This document shows, one piece after another, positions 8,676-17,138 of a stretch of DNA of 64,000 bases. The stretch's first letter is position 1, and each line of letters opens with the position of its first letter. A program made the position numbers and the translations under genes. The DNA is from Chloroflexota bacterium (GTDB taxonomy: Bacteria; Chloroflexota; Dehalococcoidia; UBA2979), in NCBI GenBank assembly GCA_027593235.1, contig JAQCIU010000019.1:1-64000 (forward strand), in the 5' to 3' direction. The notes beneath the pieces were generated by a model. The model saw only the letters and a program-made list of their open reading frames with translations, had not been told where the DNA came from and made no database searches.

Positions 8676-9020
8676 ATGGACGAGACCGCGGCCGCATACC
8701 TGGACAGCGTCGCCGAGTACCGACGGATCACGATTTGGTCGGACGGCCTGGTGGCGGACATGCGCCACGGTGTGGACGCGCTGGGTCGCTGGCAGCAGTC
8801 GCTCGCCGATGCGGCGGATGACGGCGTGGAGGCGGCGCTGCAACAGTGCCTTGCCGGGGAGACACCGAACTGGCGCGAGGTCCGTCAGGCGCTGGTCGCC
8901 TGGGCGGCGGCGGCGCGGCGGGTAGCGACGCTCTGGGACGCGCTCCCGTTCGAGGTGCGAACGGACCTTGAGCCACCGAGCGTGCGACTTGCGGAGGGTG
9001 CCGGGGAGTTCGAGGCGTAG
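8676..9020 (+). CDS. Hypothetical alpha-helical protein (114 aa), probably SOS-regulated
   Basis: High-GC3 codon pattern, Trp-rich helical sequence, preceded by SOS box. Confidence 0.7.
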   Translation: MDETAAAYLDSVAEYRRITIWSDGLVADMRHGVDALGRWQQSLADAADDGVEAALQQCLAGETPNWREVRQALVAWAAAARRVATLWDALPFEVRTDLEPPSVRLAEGAGEFEA

Positions 9021-9083
9021 AGGAGCGACAGAGCGGAGTGGAGGGCGCGGCGCGGAACTGGGGGCGCTGGCTAGCGGAGCTGG

Positions 9084-9269
9084 CTAGCGGAGCTGGGGCG
9101 CGTCGGCGCGGCCGGTGACGGCGGAGATGCCGGTCACCTCGCGGATTTCGATCGCGCAGCGGACGCAGTAGTCGCGGCCGTTTTCCATCATCACGAACGG
9201 GCCACCGGGAATCCGGCAGGAGCCACAACGTGGGATCGGCGGGGTGGACCGGGCGGGATGTTCAGGCAC
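9084..9269 (-). CDS. Small putative zinc-ribbon protein (61 aa)
   Basis: RCGSC...YCVRC, two CxxC motifs. Confidence 0.45.
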   Translation of the reverse strand: MPEHPARSTPPIPRCGSCRIPGGPFVMMENGRDYCVRCAIEIREVTGISAVTGRADAPQLR

Positions 9270-9339
9270 AGGGGATCATCGGATGCCCTCGAAGATGCTG
9301 AAGGGGACCCCTAGGTGTGAACCCGCGGATCGCGGGCGG

Positions 9340-9372
9340 GCGGTAGGCCTGGCATCGGGCCGGGCCTACCGC
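9340..9372 (-). terminator. Stem-loop downstream of the wHTH-PAS gene
   Basis: GCGGTAGGCCTGGC-ATCGG-GCCGGGCCTACCGC, 14-bp stem with one imperfect pair, 15 nt after the stop. Confidence 0.55.
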
Positions 9373-9387
9373 TGGGGTGACCGGCAA

Positions 9388-10086
9388 CTAGACCGCGCGG
9401 AACTCCGCGAGGATTGCGACCACTTGACCGCGGGTAATGATTGGCGAGAGATCGGCCGAGACGTTGACGCGCTCGCCGTTCGATTTCATGAGTTCAACCG
9501 ACTGGGCAACCACGCCAACGCCGGCCATCACTTCCTGGATGGTTCCGGCGCGACGCGCTTCTTGTTCTGGTGGCGAGAAGATCGCGGTGGTATCGAGGCG
9601 CGCGAGTTCGGCTTCCTCGTAGCCCAGCAGCTTGCCGAGGGCGGCGTTCGCGAATTGCAGGCGGCGATCACCATCGATGATTGCCATCGGGGTTTGGGCG
9701 GCGCGAATGATCGCCTCGAGGACGGCGGGTTCCTGGATGAGGTTGGACGGGGGGCGAGCACCGACCATGGTGTAGCCGACGCCGCGTACGTTGCGGATGA
9801 GTCCCTTCGCGCCCGCCTGGTTGAGCGCGGTGCGGAGGCGGTAGATCGCGGTGTGGATGTAGCTGGGTTCACCGGCGCGCTCGTGTCCCCAGACGAGCTG
9901 GGCGAGGTCGTCCGTCGTCACGACGTCGCCGACCCGCTCGACCAAGAGGCAGAGCATGTCGAAGCCGAGCGCGGACAATTCGACCGGGTGACTGCCAACC
10001 CAAGCCTGACGGGCCGGCAGGTCGACCTCGAGGCCACGCGGGCCAGCAAGCGAACGGCGCGCGGATTGGTCGGTTGAAGTTGTCAT
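9388..10086 (-). CDS. One-component regulator: OmpR-type winged helix plus C-terminal PAS domain
   Basis: LEVDLPARQAWVGSHPVELSALGFDML...VWG...IYRLRTAL...IRNVRGVGY; then PAS (MAIIDGDRRLQFANAALGKLLGYEEAEL); no receiver domain. Confidence 0.85.
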   Translation of the reverse strand: MTTSTDQSARRSLAGPRGLEVDLPARQAWVGSHPVELSALGFDMLCLLVERVGDVVTTDDLAQLVWGHERAGEPSYIHTAIYRLRTALNQAGAKGLIRNVRGVGYTMVGARPPSNLIQEPAVLEAIIRAAQTPMAIIDGDRRLQFANAALGKLLGYEEAELARLDTTAIFSPPEQEARRAGTIQEVMAGVGVVAQSVELMKSNGERVNVSADLSPIITRGQVVAILAEFRAV

Positions 10087-10494
10087 GTTGGCTCCCGCCC
10101 AGGGTTGCCGTCTTCGCCCGATATAACGGGCTCATTCGGCGTTGTGACTCTTACTTAGATGAATCCATAAATACACTGCTTACGAGTACATCGTAGCGAC
10201 CGGTTCGAAGACGCACAAGCACCTGACTCACATTCGGGCAAACGTTTCCGATCGCCAATCCACTGGGCGACGCGCGGATTTAGAGACGGCCCGGGACGAG
10301 CGAGAGCAAGCAGGAACTCCCTGTGGCGATTGTGTGAATCGACCGTTCCGCTGGAATCGATTGCTTTGGCGCGTCCCGATGTCCGTCGGATAGGTCAGGC
10401 GGGCATCTGAACTTGTGAGTGAACTGTGCTGCCACCCCGCGCTGCTAGACTGACCCAACACTGGCTGGCGGGTCAGATCACGGGGGGCTCCGCC

Positions 10495-10779
10495 ATGCCA
10501 GATGCTGCTGGGCATCGTTCGATCACGGTCGCGGAAGCGCGGGTACTTGTCCTGCTGTTAGAACGGCGGACTCCTCGGGAGGCGGCGACCCTGCTGGGAT
10601 CATCGCTGGCAACCGTGCGTACGCACATCAAGCACCTGCAGACGAAGAGCGAGACACACACGATCGCGAGCCTGGTGCTCTGGGGTCGCGACGAGTTGAT
10701 CCGTGGTCACGTCCAACTCGCGTTGCGCAGCGACGTCCGCTGGTTTCCTCGCGCGGTTCAATTGCTGACGAATCACTGA
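10495..10779 (+). CDS. Stand-alone LuxR-type HTH protein
   Basis: ITVAEARVLVLLLERRTPREAATLLGSSLATVRTHIKHLQTK. Confidence 0.7.
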   Translation: MPDAAGHRSITVAEARVLVLLLERRTPREAATLLGSSLATVRTHIKHLQTKSETHTIASLVLWGRDELIRGHVQLALRSDVRWFPRAVQLLTNH

Positions 10780-10902
10780 TGTACCGAATCGACGGGACGC
10801 GGGGGAGCTACCGGCATTCTTACGCTGAGGGCGACACGCGCCAGCAACCGGTGGCCCAATCCGAGCCGCCGGGAAGTCCGGTGCGACCGAAGGAGCGAGC
10901 CG

Positions 10903-11097
10903 ATGAACGAACGGACACCCAGCGCCGATATGGCGCCAACCGTCTCGGCGGCGATCGCGCGCGCCCTGGCGCGCCGAGTGCTGGCCCGCTGCGCGGTCTG
11001 CGAGCAGGACCAGGCACTGGTGCCATCGCATCAGGACGCGGACCGCGTGCTGCTCAGTCACCTGAACGATTGTCCCGGCCCGATGCTGATTCCGTGA
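10903..11097 (+). CDS. Small hypothetical protein with CxxC...HxxxC
   Basis: AAGGAG RBS; RCAVC ... HLNDC. Confidence 0.5.
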   Translation: MNERTPSADMAPTVSAAIARALARRVLARCAVCEQDQALVPSHQDADRVLLSHLNDCPGPMLIP

Positions 11098-11138
11098 GGC
11101 GTCCGGGTGCTGGCGGCGAGTCGCCATTTCGCTTCCAC

Positions 11139-11924
11139 TCAGGACTCCAACGGAGCGTGGGCGAAGAGGACCGCGAACTGATCGCACCAGACCATCGCGT
11201 AGTTGAGCGAGGAGATGTCGATTCCCAACGGCACGTCGTAGTTGAACGCGCCATCCGTCGCCTTGAGGCGTCCGAGCTGGATCGCATCCGCGCTTGGCTG
11301 GTCCGGATCGGAACTGAGGTAGACGTAGAGGTCGGGGCCGTTGCGGATCGAGAACTCCTCCACGCGCAGCACGAACTGCCCGGGCGCGGTCTCAACGATC
11401 AGCGCCTGTCCATTGGCGAAGTGAAAGTCGTCCGCCCCGGTGAAGGGCCCGCTTCCGACGAGCCGGGGCAGAGCGGCCGTCGCGGTCCCGGTTGCAGGCG
11501 TGGCGGCCGTGGCAGGTGTGCCCTCGGCGGTTGGGCTGGCGAGCGAGGTTCCAGCGGGCTGCGGGGTCGCCACGGCGGTTGCAGCGCCGGCGCCGCTGGC
11601 GGCGGTCGCGGCAGCGGTCGCATCGGTGGCAAGGTTAGTTGCGGCGACGCCATCGAGGGGGCTGGCCTCGATGACGGTGGTGCGCTGCCAGAGCGGCGAC
11701 AGCAGGTAGTAGCCGCCAGGGAGCACCGCGGCGAGCACGACCACGGTGGTGAGCGCGGCGATCAGGCGATTGCCGTCGACCCAGCGCCAAACCGGTTGGT
11801 GCCAGCCGCGGCGCAGGATGAGGGCGATCGCGGCCGCACCGAGCAGGGCGCCAGCGAGGGTCAGCGGGACGCGATAGGGGTAGAGATCCGCCAGCGTGCG
11901 TTCCAGGTCGCCGAACACGGACAT
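11139..11924 (-). CDS. Membrane-anchored DM13 domain protein
   Basis: Two N-terminal TM segments, Ala/Thr/Pro linker, NGPDLYVYLS...LGRLKATDGAFNYDVP...VWCDQFAVLFAHAPL; GAGGAGG RBS. Confidence 0.88.
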   Translation of the reverse strand: MSVFGDLERTLADLYPYRVPLTLAGALLGAAAIALILRRGWHQPVWRWVDGNRLIAALTTVVVLAAVLPGGYYLLSPLWQRTTVIEASPLDGVAATNLATDATAAATAASGAGAATAVATPQPAGTSLASPTAEGTPATAATPATGTATAALPRLVGSGPFTGADDFHFANGQALIVETAPGQFVLRVEEFSIRNGPDLYVYLSSDPDQPSADAIQLGRLKATDGAFNYDVPLGIDISSLNYAMVWCDQFAVLFAHAPLES

Positions 11925-12037
11925 GAGCGCCTCCTCGTGATTCGTGACATCGACGGTAGCGTCGGTTGCTTACGCAGAGGTGACGACGGCGGACGCGGCG
12001 CAGGGAGCGGGAACCGCGCTCCGGTGCGGAGCGTTGA

Positions 12038-13168
12038 GTGAGCGACAGGAACAGAGGGCCCGCCAGCGTGATTCGCCTGCTCAGTGCCGCGACGATCCTT
12101 CTGTTTGCGCTGGTGACGGCTACTGCGTGCGCGTCCGGGGACGACGGCGTTGGTGCGAGCGTGAGCACCTCGTCGGCAACGCCGGCCGCGGTGGGGACGG
12201 CGGCCGGGGCGCCCGCGGAGACCGCCGAGCCGACGGCGACCGAGACGCCCTCGATCATGATCGCGGCGGTTGGCGAAATCATGCTGGCGCGGGATGTGAC
12301 GGATCAGATGGCCAGCAACGGTGTGCTGTCGCCGTTCGAGCGGATCCTGCCGCTTTTCGCGGGTGCGGATCTGGTGATCGGGAACATGGAGGGGACGTTC
12401 ACCGAGCGAGGTGAGCCGCTGGAGAAGGAGTACACCTTCCGCACGCCGCCAGCATTCGCGGAGGGGATCGCACGCGCCGGGTTCGACGCGGTGTCGCTGG
12501 CGAACAACCATAGCTACGACTTCGGCACGATCGGGTTGCTGGATACGACGGACGCGCTGGACGCGGCGGGGGTCCCGCACTTCGGCGCCGGCGCCGATGA
12601 GCGCAGCGCGTACGCGCCGCTCTTTTTCAGGGTTGGCAGCCAGACGGTCGCGCTGCTCGGTTCGGACGCGATCGGCGAAACACGGGCGGCGCTGGGTGCC
12701 GAGCCGGGCGTGGCGTGGGCGGACGATCGCGCGGTCAGCGCGGTCGCCACGGCGGCCCTCGAGGCCGACTACGTGGTGGTGATGGTGCACGCCGGTACGG
12801 AGTACAGCGGCACTCCGACCGTGGAACAAGCAAGGTTCGCACGCGCACTGATCGATGCCGGGGCCGATGTGGTGATTGGATCGCACCCGCACGTGCTCCA
12901 ACCCTGGGAACGCTACGGCGATGGGCTGATCCTGCACAGCCTCGGCAACTTCGTCTTTGACCTCGATGCCGACGACCTAGCCACGCTCGGGGTGATGCCG
13001 TTCCAGAGCGCGGTGGCAAGAATCACGCTGTCGCCGAACGCGCCGCCTCGGGTGTCGTTTTCACCGGTGATGATCGACGTGGACGAGAACCGTCCGAGGC
13101 CGGCGACCGCTGAAGAGGCAGCGGGCATCTCACGCGCGCTCGGTGGGTTGGACTCGGGCGCCCGATGA
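12038..13168 (+). CDS. CapA/PgsA family metallophosphatase-like lipoprotein
   Basis: Lipobox ATAC; AAVGEIML, GNMEG, SLANNHSYDFG, VHAGTEY, IGSHPHVLQP, HSLGNFVFD. Confidence 0.9.
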   Translation: MSDRNRGPASVIRLLSAATILLFALVTATACASGDDGVGASVSTSSATPAAVGTAAGAPAETAEPTATETPSIMIAAVGEIMLARDVTDQMASNGVLSPFERILPLFAGADLVIGNMEGTFTERGEPLEKEYTFRTPPAFAEGIARAGFDAVSLANNHSYDFGTIGLLDTTDALDAAGVPHFGAGADERSAYAPLFFRVGSQTVALLGSDAIGETRAALGAEPGVAWADDRAVSAVATAALEADYVVVMVHAGTEYSGTPTVEQARFARALIDAGADVVIGSHPHVLQPWERYGDGLILHSLGNFVFDLDADDLATLGVMPFQSAVARITLSPNAPPRVSFSPVMIDVDENRPRPATAEEAAGISRALGGLDSGAR

Positions 13169-14592
13169 TTGCACGGACGATCCGCACGATCGCCCTCGGG
13201 AGCGTTGCCGTGGTTCTGATCGCCCTCGTCGGGTGCCGGGGCGCGGAGGAAGCGACGCCGGAGGTGACGGCGGTGACCACCGTCAGCCCCGAGGTCAGCG
13301 CGACGCCGAAAGCGCCGCCGCTCGACATCATTCCGACGTTGACGGGGACGCCTTCGCCGACGGCGACGCCGCCGCCCGCGACGCCGACCGGGCTGTGGGT
13401 GTTCGACCTGGCACGGGGGAAGCGCGTGGTGCTCTTCGAGGGCAGCGATCTGCTGACAAGCCGCGTGGAGGCGTCCGGGAACGCGGTGACGGCGGCGATC
13501 ACGAACGGTGACGGCGTCACAGCGGTGCGGTTCCAACCCGACGGGGTGACGATCGAGGAGCACGCAAACCGCTCATCGATCATCAGTACGCCGGCTGGGG
13601 AGGATCGCTTTTACCTCGATTTGAGCGACGCGGAGGAACCGCGGCTGGTGCTGGAGCACGCGGGCGAGGAGATCCAACTCGAGGCCACGCGTCCGCGCGA
13701 GGGTGTTTCGTTCTCGCCGTCCGGCAACCGCCTGCTGACGCTCTCCGTTCGTCCAACCGAGGACGAGGGCGAGGAGGTGCGGACTTACAGCGTGCACACC
13801 ACGGCAGACGGCCGGCTGCGCATGCAGTTCGAGCACCGTGCACGCGTGGGCACGCAGCCGGTGGCGCTCTGGTCGCCATCGGGTCGTTACATCGCGGATG
13901 AGGGCCTGGAGGGGCTGCTGGTTCGCGACACGGTGAGCGGGCGGGCGTGGCGGCTGGGGCCGGGTGGATCGGCGCGCTGGTCGGCCGGCGCCGATCGACT
14001 GCTGACGATCACCGACCTTGGACGGCTAGTGGTGGTGAGCGTGCCGGAGCTGGACGGCGTGGACCTGGGCGAGATCGATCCAACCGCTGCGGTGCAGTTC
14101 GACCGTAGCGGGCGCTACGTGGTGGTGACCGAGTACACCGATCGGGCGGCGCGCAGCGGCGTGGGAACGCGCGTCCTCGATGCGGTTTCGGGCGCGGAGG
14201 TGGCGGCGTGGCCGGGGCGGGACGCCTCGATCTTCGCGGTGGGCGGCCTCGATCCGGTGATCGCCCTCGAGGATGGCGTCGCCGCGGTGCTGGCGGCGTC
14301 GACGGGGTGCGACGGCGGTTTCGTGCTCGTGCATCCGACGCTGAGCCTCGAAGGGCGCTGTATCGAGGGTGTGAACCCGCGCTGGGCGCCCAACGGGCAG
14401 TTCCTGATCTACGCGCGCGAGCGTGAGGTGGTGCTGCTCAGCCTGTCGGACGACAGCGAGCGGGTGATCGCCAGCAACACGCCACCGGCGAACGAGGATC
14501 AGGGCCCGCTGTTGCGGTGGAGCGCCGATGGTTCGTGGATCCTGATTCAGTGGCCGTGGGGTCCGGACGCCGATCTGGGTGCGCTGCGGTAG
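13165..14592 (+). CDS. Lipoprotein with probable TolB-like beta-propeller
   Basis: Lipobox LVGC, Pro/Thr linker, repeated FSPSG/WSPSG/WAPNG/WSADG blades. Confidence 0.75.
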   Translation: MIARTIRTIALGSVAVVLIALVGCRGAEEATPEVTAVTTVSPEVSATPKAPPLDIIPTLTGTPSPTATPPPATPTGLWVFDLARGKRVVLFEGSDLLTSRVEASGNAVTAAITNGDGVTAVRFQPDGVTIEEHANRSSIISTPAGEDRFYLDLSDAEEPRLVLEHAGEEIQLEATRPREGVSFSPSGNRLLTLSVRPTEDEGEEVRTYSVHTTADGRLRMQFEHRARVGTQPVALWSPSGRYIADEGLEGLLVRDTVSGRAWRLGPGGSARWSAGADRLLTITDLGRLVVVSVPELDGVDLGEIDPTAAVQFDRSGRYVVVTEYTDRAARSGVGTRVLDAVSGAEVAAWPGRDASIFAVGGLDPVIALEDGVAAVLAASTGCDGGFVLVHPTLSLEGRCIEGVNPRWAPNGQFLIYAREREVVLLSLSDDSERVIASNTPPANEDQGPLLRWSADGSWILIQWPWGPDADLGALR

Positions 14593-14598
14593 CGGACC

Positions 14599-14625
14599 GG
14601 TCACACTTTCGCCGCCTACGTCGTC
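14599..14625 (+). promoter_or_regulatory. ECF41-type promoter
   Basis: GGTCACA-N16-CGTC versus ECF41 consensus TGTCACA-N16-CGTC; directly upstream of the epimerase-sigJ-CMD operon. Confidence 0.75.
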
Positions 14626-14657
14626 TTCCGGTTGTAGCGACCGAGATGGGAGAGGCG

Positions 14658-15620
14658 ATGGGCGACCAGCAACCACAATCCGGACGACAGATTCTGCTGA
14701 CCGGCGCCACGGGCTCGATGGGCCTCGCGATTACGCGGGAGTTGGTGGCGGGGGGCCACGCGGTCCTCGGCGTTACGCGCTCTTCCGAGGGGGCGCGGGC
14801 GCTCGCTGACCTCGGTGCGACACCGGTCGCGGTGGACCTCTTCGATGCCGAGGCGGTGCGGGCGGCGGCGCAGGGCTGCGATGTGATCGCCCACTTCGCG
14901 ACGAGCATTCCGACCGGCCGTGCCGCCTCGAAGGCGGGGTCCTGGGCGATGAACGACCGGTTGCGTAGCGAGGGGACGGCGAACCTGATCGCGGCAGCCG
15001 AGGCAGTGGGCGCCAAGCGGGTGATCTTCGAGTCGATCGCCCTCGCTTACCCGGACCGGGGGAGTGACTGGATCGACGAGGACACGGCGCTTGATCCGCC
15101 CGCGCCGATGATGCGCACGGCCATCGAGGCCGAAGCGATGCTCGCCGCGTTCGCGGCGCGCGGCGGCGAGGCGGTCTCGCTGCGGTTTGGGCGGCTCTAC
15201 GGGCCGGGACGGGCCTCGGACGACCTGATCGCGGCGGTCCGCGCGAAGCAGTTGCCGATCATCGGCAACGGCAAGAACCTGGTCTCCAGCGTTCACGTCG
15301 AGGACGTTGGCGCCGCGGTTGGCGCCGCAGTCACCGTCCTGCCGGGTAGGTACAACATCGTGGATGATGTACCGATGACTCAACGCGAACTGATGAACAC
15401 GATCTGCGCGGCAACTGACGCGCCCACGCCGCGACGGGTCCCCTACGTGATCGCTCGACTTGTCGCCGGGAAAGCGGCACGCGTGCTGGCCGTCTCGCAA
15501 CGCGTCTCGAACGGGCGGTTCCGGGAGGCGACTGGCTGGACGCCTCGCTATCCCTCGGCGGCCGAGGGCTGGGCGGCGATGGCCACGGCCGCAAGCGAAC
15601 CGGCGAGAACGCCGGCATGA
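14658..15620 (+). CDS. NAD-dependent epimerase/dehydratase family protein
   Basis: ILLTGATGSMG Rossmann motif, LRFGRLYGPG, VHVEDV, YNIVDD; GGAGAGG RBS. Confidence 0.9.
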   Translation: MGDQQPQSGRQILLTGATGSMGLAITRELVAGGHAVLGVTRSSEGARALADLGATPVAVDLFDAEAVRAAAQGCDVIAHFATSIPTGRAASKAGSWAMNDRLRSEGTANLIAAAEAVGAKRVIFESIALAYPDRGSDWIDEDTALDPPAPMMRTAIEAEAMLAAFAARGGEAVSLRFGRLYGPGRASDDLIAAVRAKQLPIIGNGKNLVSSVHVEDVGAAVGAAVTVLPGRYNIVDDVPMTQRELMNTICAATDAPTPRRVPYVIARLVAGKAARVLAVSQRVSNGRFREATGWTPRYPSAAEGWAAMATAASEPARTPA

Positions 15621-16573
15621 CCACCACCGGGATCGACCGCCGCACGGAGGTCTTCGCGGAGCAGCGCCCGTACCTGTTCGCGGTCGCCTACCGGCTGCTC
15701 GCCAGTGCCGAGGACGCGGACGACGCGCTGCAGGACGCGTGGCTGCGGTTCGCGGCGGTCGACCTCGAGAGCATCGAGTCGCCTCGGGCGTACCTGGTGA
15801 CGATCGTGACGCGGCTGTGCCTCGATGTGTTGCGATCGGCGCGGCGGCGGCGCGAGGAGTACGTGGGGACGTGGCTGCCGGAGCCGGTGCCCTCGGATGC
15901 GGTGCTGCCGGAGGAAGTGGTGGAACGCGCCGAGTCGGCGTCGTTCGCGTTCATGCTGCTGCTGGAGCGGCTCAACCCGGTGGAGCGCGCGGTGCTCGTG
16001 TTGCACGACGTGTTCGACTACTCGCACGACGAGGTGGGCGAGGCGATCGGACGTTCAGCGCCGGCGAGCCGGCAGGCGTTGCGACGGGCGCGGAAGCGGT
16101 TGGGCGGCATCGATCGGGCGCCGCGACGGCCGTCGGCGCATGGGCGCGAACTGGTCGCGCGGTTCTTTGAGGCGACCCAGTCGGGGGATATCGACGGGCT
16201 GGTTTCCGCGCTGGCGAAGGACGTGGTGCTGCTGAGCGACGGGGGCGGTCAGGCGCGGTCGGCGAACCGTCCGCTGGCGGGGCGCGGCCTCGTTAGTCGC
16301 TTCTGGACGGCAATGGCGCAGCTCCCCGGCGGCCCGGTCCGCGTCGAGCTGGTCGATCTGAACGGCCAGCCGTCGGCGCTGACATACGAGGGCGATGTCC
16401 TGACCAACGCGATCCTGTTCGACGTCGGCGCAGCGGGCGTGACCAGCATCTACGTCGTGCGCAATCCAGCCAAACTGCTGCGGATCGCGGCAGCGGGAGA
16501 CGCGTCGGTTCCGCCAACGCTCGACGAAGAACGGGCGGCCAAGGCCGCCGCGAACGAGAGCCAGAGGGAGTAA
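15617..16573 (+). CDS. sigJ: ECF41 (SigJ-like) RNA polymerase sigma factor with SnoaL-like C-terminal extension
   Basis: AYRLLASAEDADDALQDAW, YVGTWLPEP linker, DGGG and VRNPAKL motifs typical of ECF41. Confidence 0.92.
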   Translation: MTTTGIDRRTEVFAEQRPYLFAVAYRLLASAEDADDALQDAWLRFAAVDLESIESPRAYLVTIVTRLCLDVLRSARRRREEYVGTWLPEPVPSDAVLPEEVVERAESASFAFMLLLERLNPVERAVLVLHDVFDYSHDEVGEAIGRSAPASRQALRRARKRLGGIDRAPRRPSAHGRELVARFFEATQSGDIDGLVSALAKDVVLLSDGGGQARSANRPLAGRGLVSRFWTAMAQLPGGPVRVELVDLNGQPSALTYEGDVLTNAILFDVGAAGVTSIYVVRNPAKLLRIAAAGDASVPPTLDEERAAKAAANESQRE

Positions 16574-16576
16574 GCC

Positions 16577-17131
16577 GTGCCTCGATTGCCTGAACTATCG
16601 AAGGAGGACGCCGACCCGGCCGTCCGCGACATGATGGAAGCCCACGAGGGGTTCTTCGGCCTGGTGCTGAATCCGCTGAAGCTGCAGGGGTACGTGCCCT
16701 CGATCGCACGGGGCGCCTCGGGGCTCGGACGCGGGATCGACGAGGGTGGGAACATCGAGGCGCAACTGCGCTACCTCGTCTACAGCTTCGTCGCGGGTCG
16801 CAACGGGTGCCCGTTCTGACTGGATATCAATGCGTCCAGTGGGATGCACGAGGGTTTGAGCCAGCAGCAGATCGATGAGCTGGAGGACTACGCGACCAGC
16901 GAGGTCTTCTCGCAGCGCCAGAAGATCGCGTTGGAGTACGCGGAGCGGATCACGATGAGCGATCAGGACGTCGATGACGCGTTCTTCGCTCAGGTGCAGA
17001 GCGAATTCGAGACGCCGGCGGCGATCGTGGAACTGACGGCGATCGTGGCGTTCGAGAACTTCCGATCGAAGTTCAATCACGCGCTGCTGATCGAATCGAA
17101 CGGGTTCTGCGCGCTGCCTCGGAACGACTGA
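16577..17131 (+). CDS. AhpD/CMD-family probable selenoprotein (CxxU; UGA at 16817-16819)
   Basis: ORFs 16577-16819 and 16844-17131 are in frame; NGCPF-UGA-LDIN matches the CPFC-xDI motif of the family; SECIS-like hairpin downstream. Confidence 0.85.
16831..16848 (+). promoter_or_regulatory. Putative bacterial SECIS element
   Basis: TGCGTCC-AGTG-GGATGCA, 7-bp stem (one G-U) beginning 11 nt after the UGA, with GU in the apical loop. Confidence 0.65.
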
Positions 17132-17138
17132 CGACCTC

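Noticed and set aside
10230-10310. GGGCAAAC suggesting a c-di-GMP-I riboswitch
   Set aside because: The GAAA tetraloop stem and the GACGCAAAGC segment do not follow
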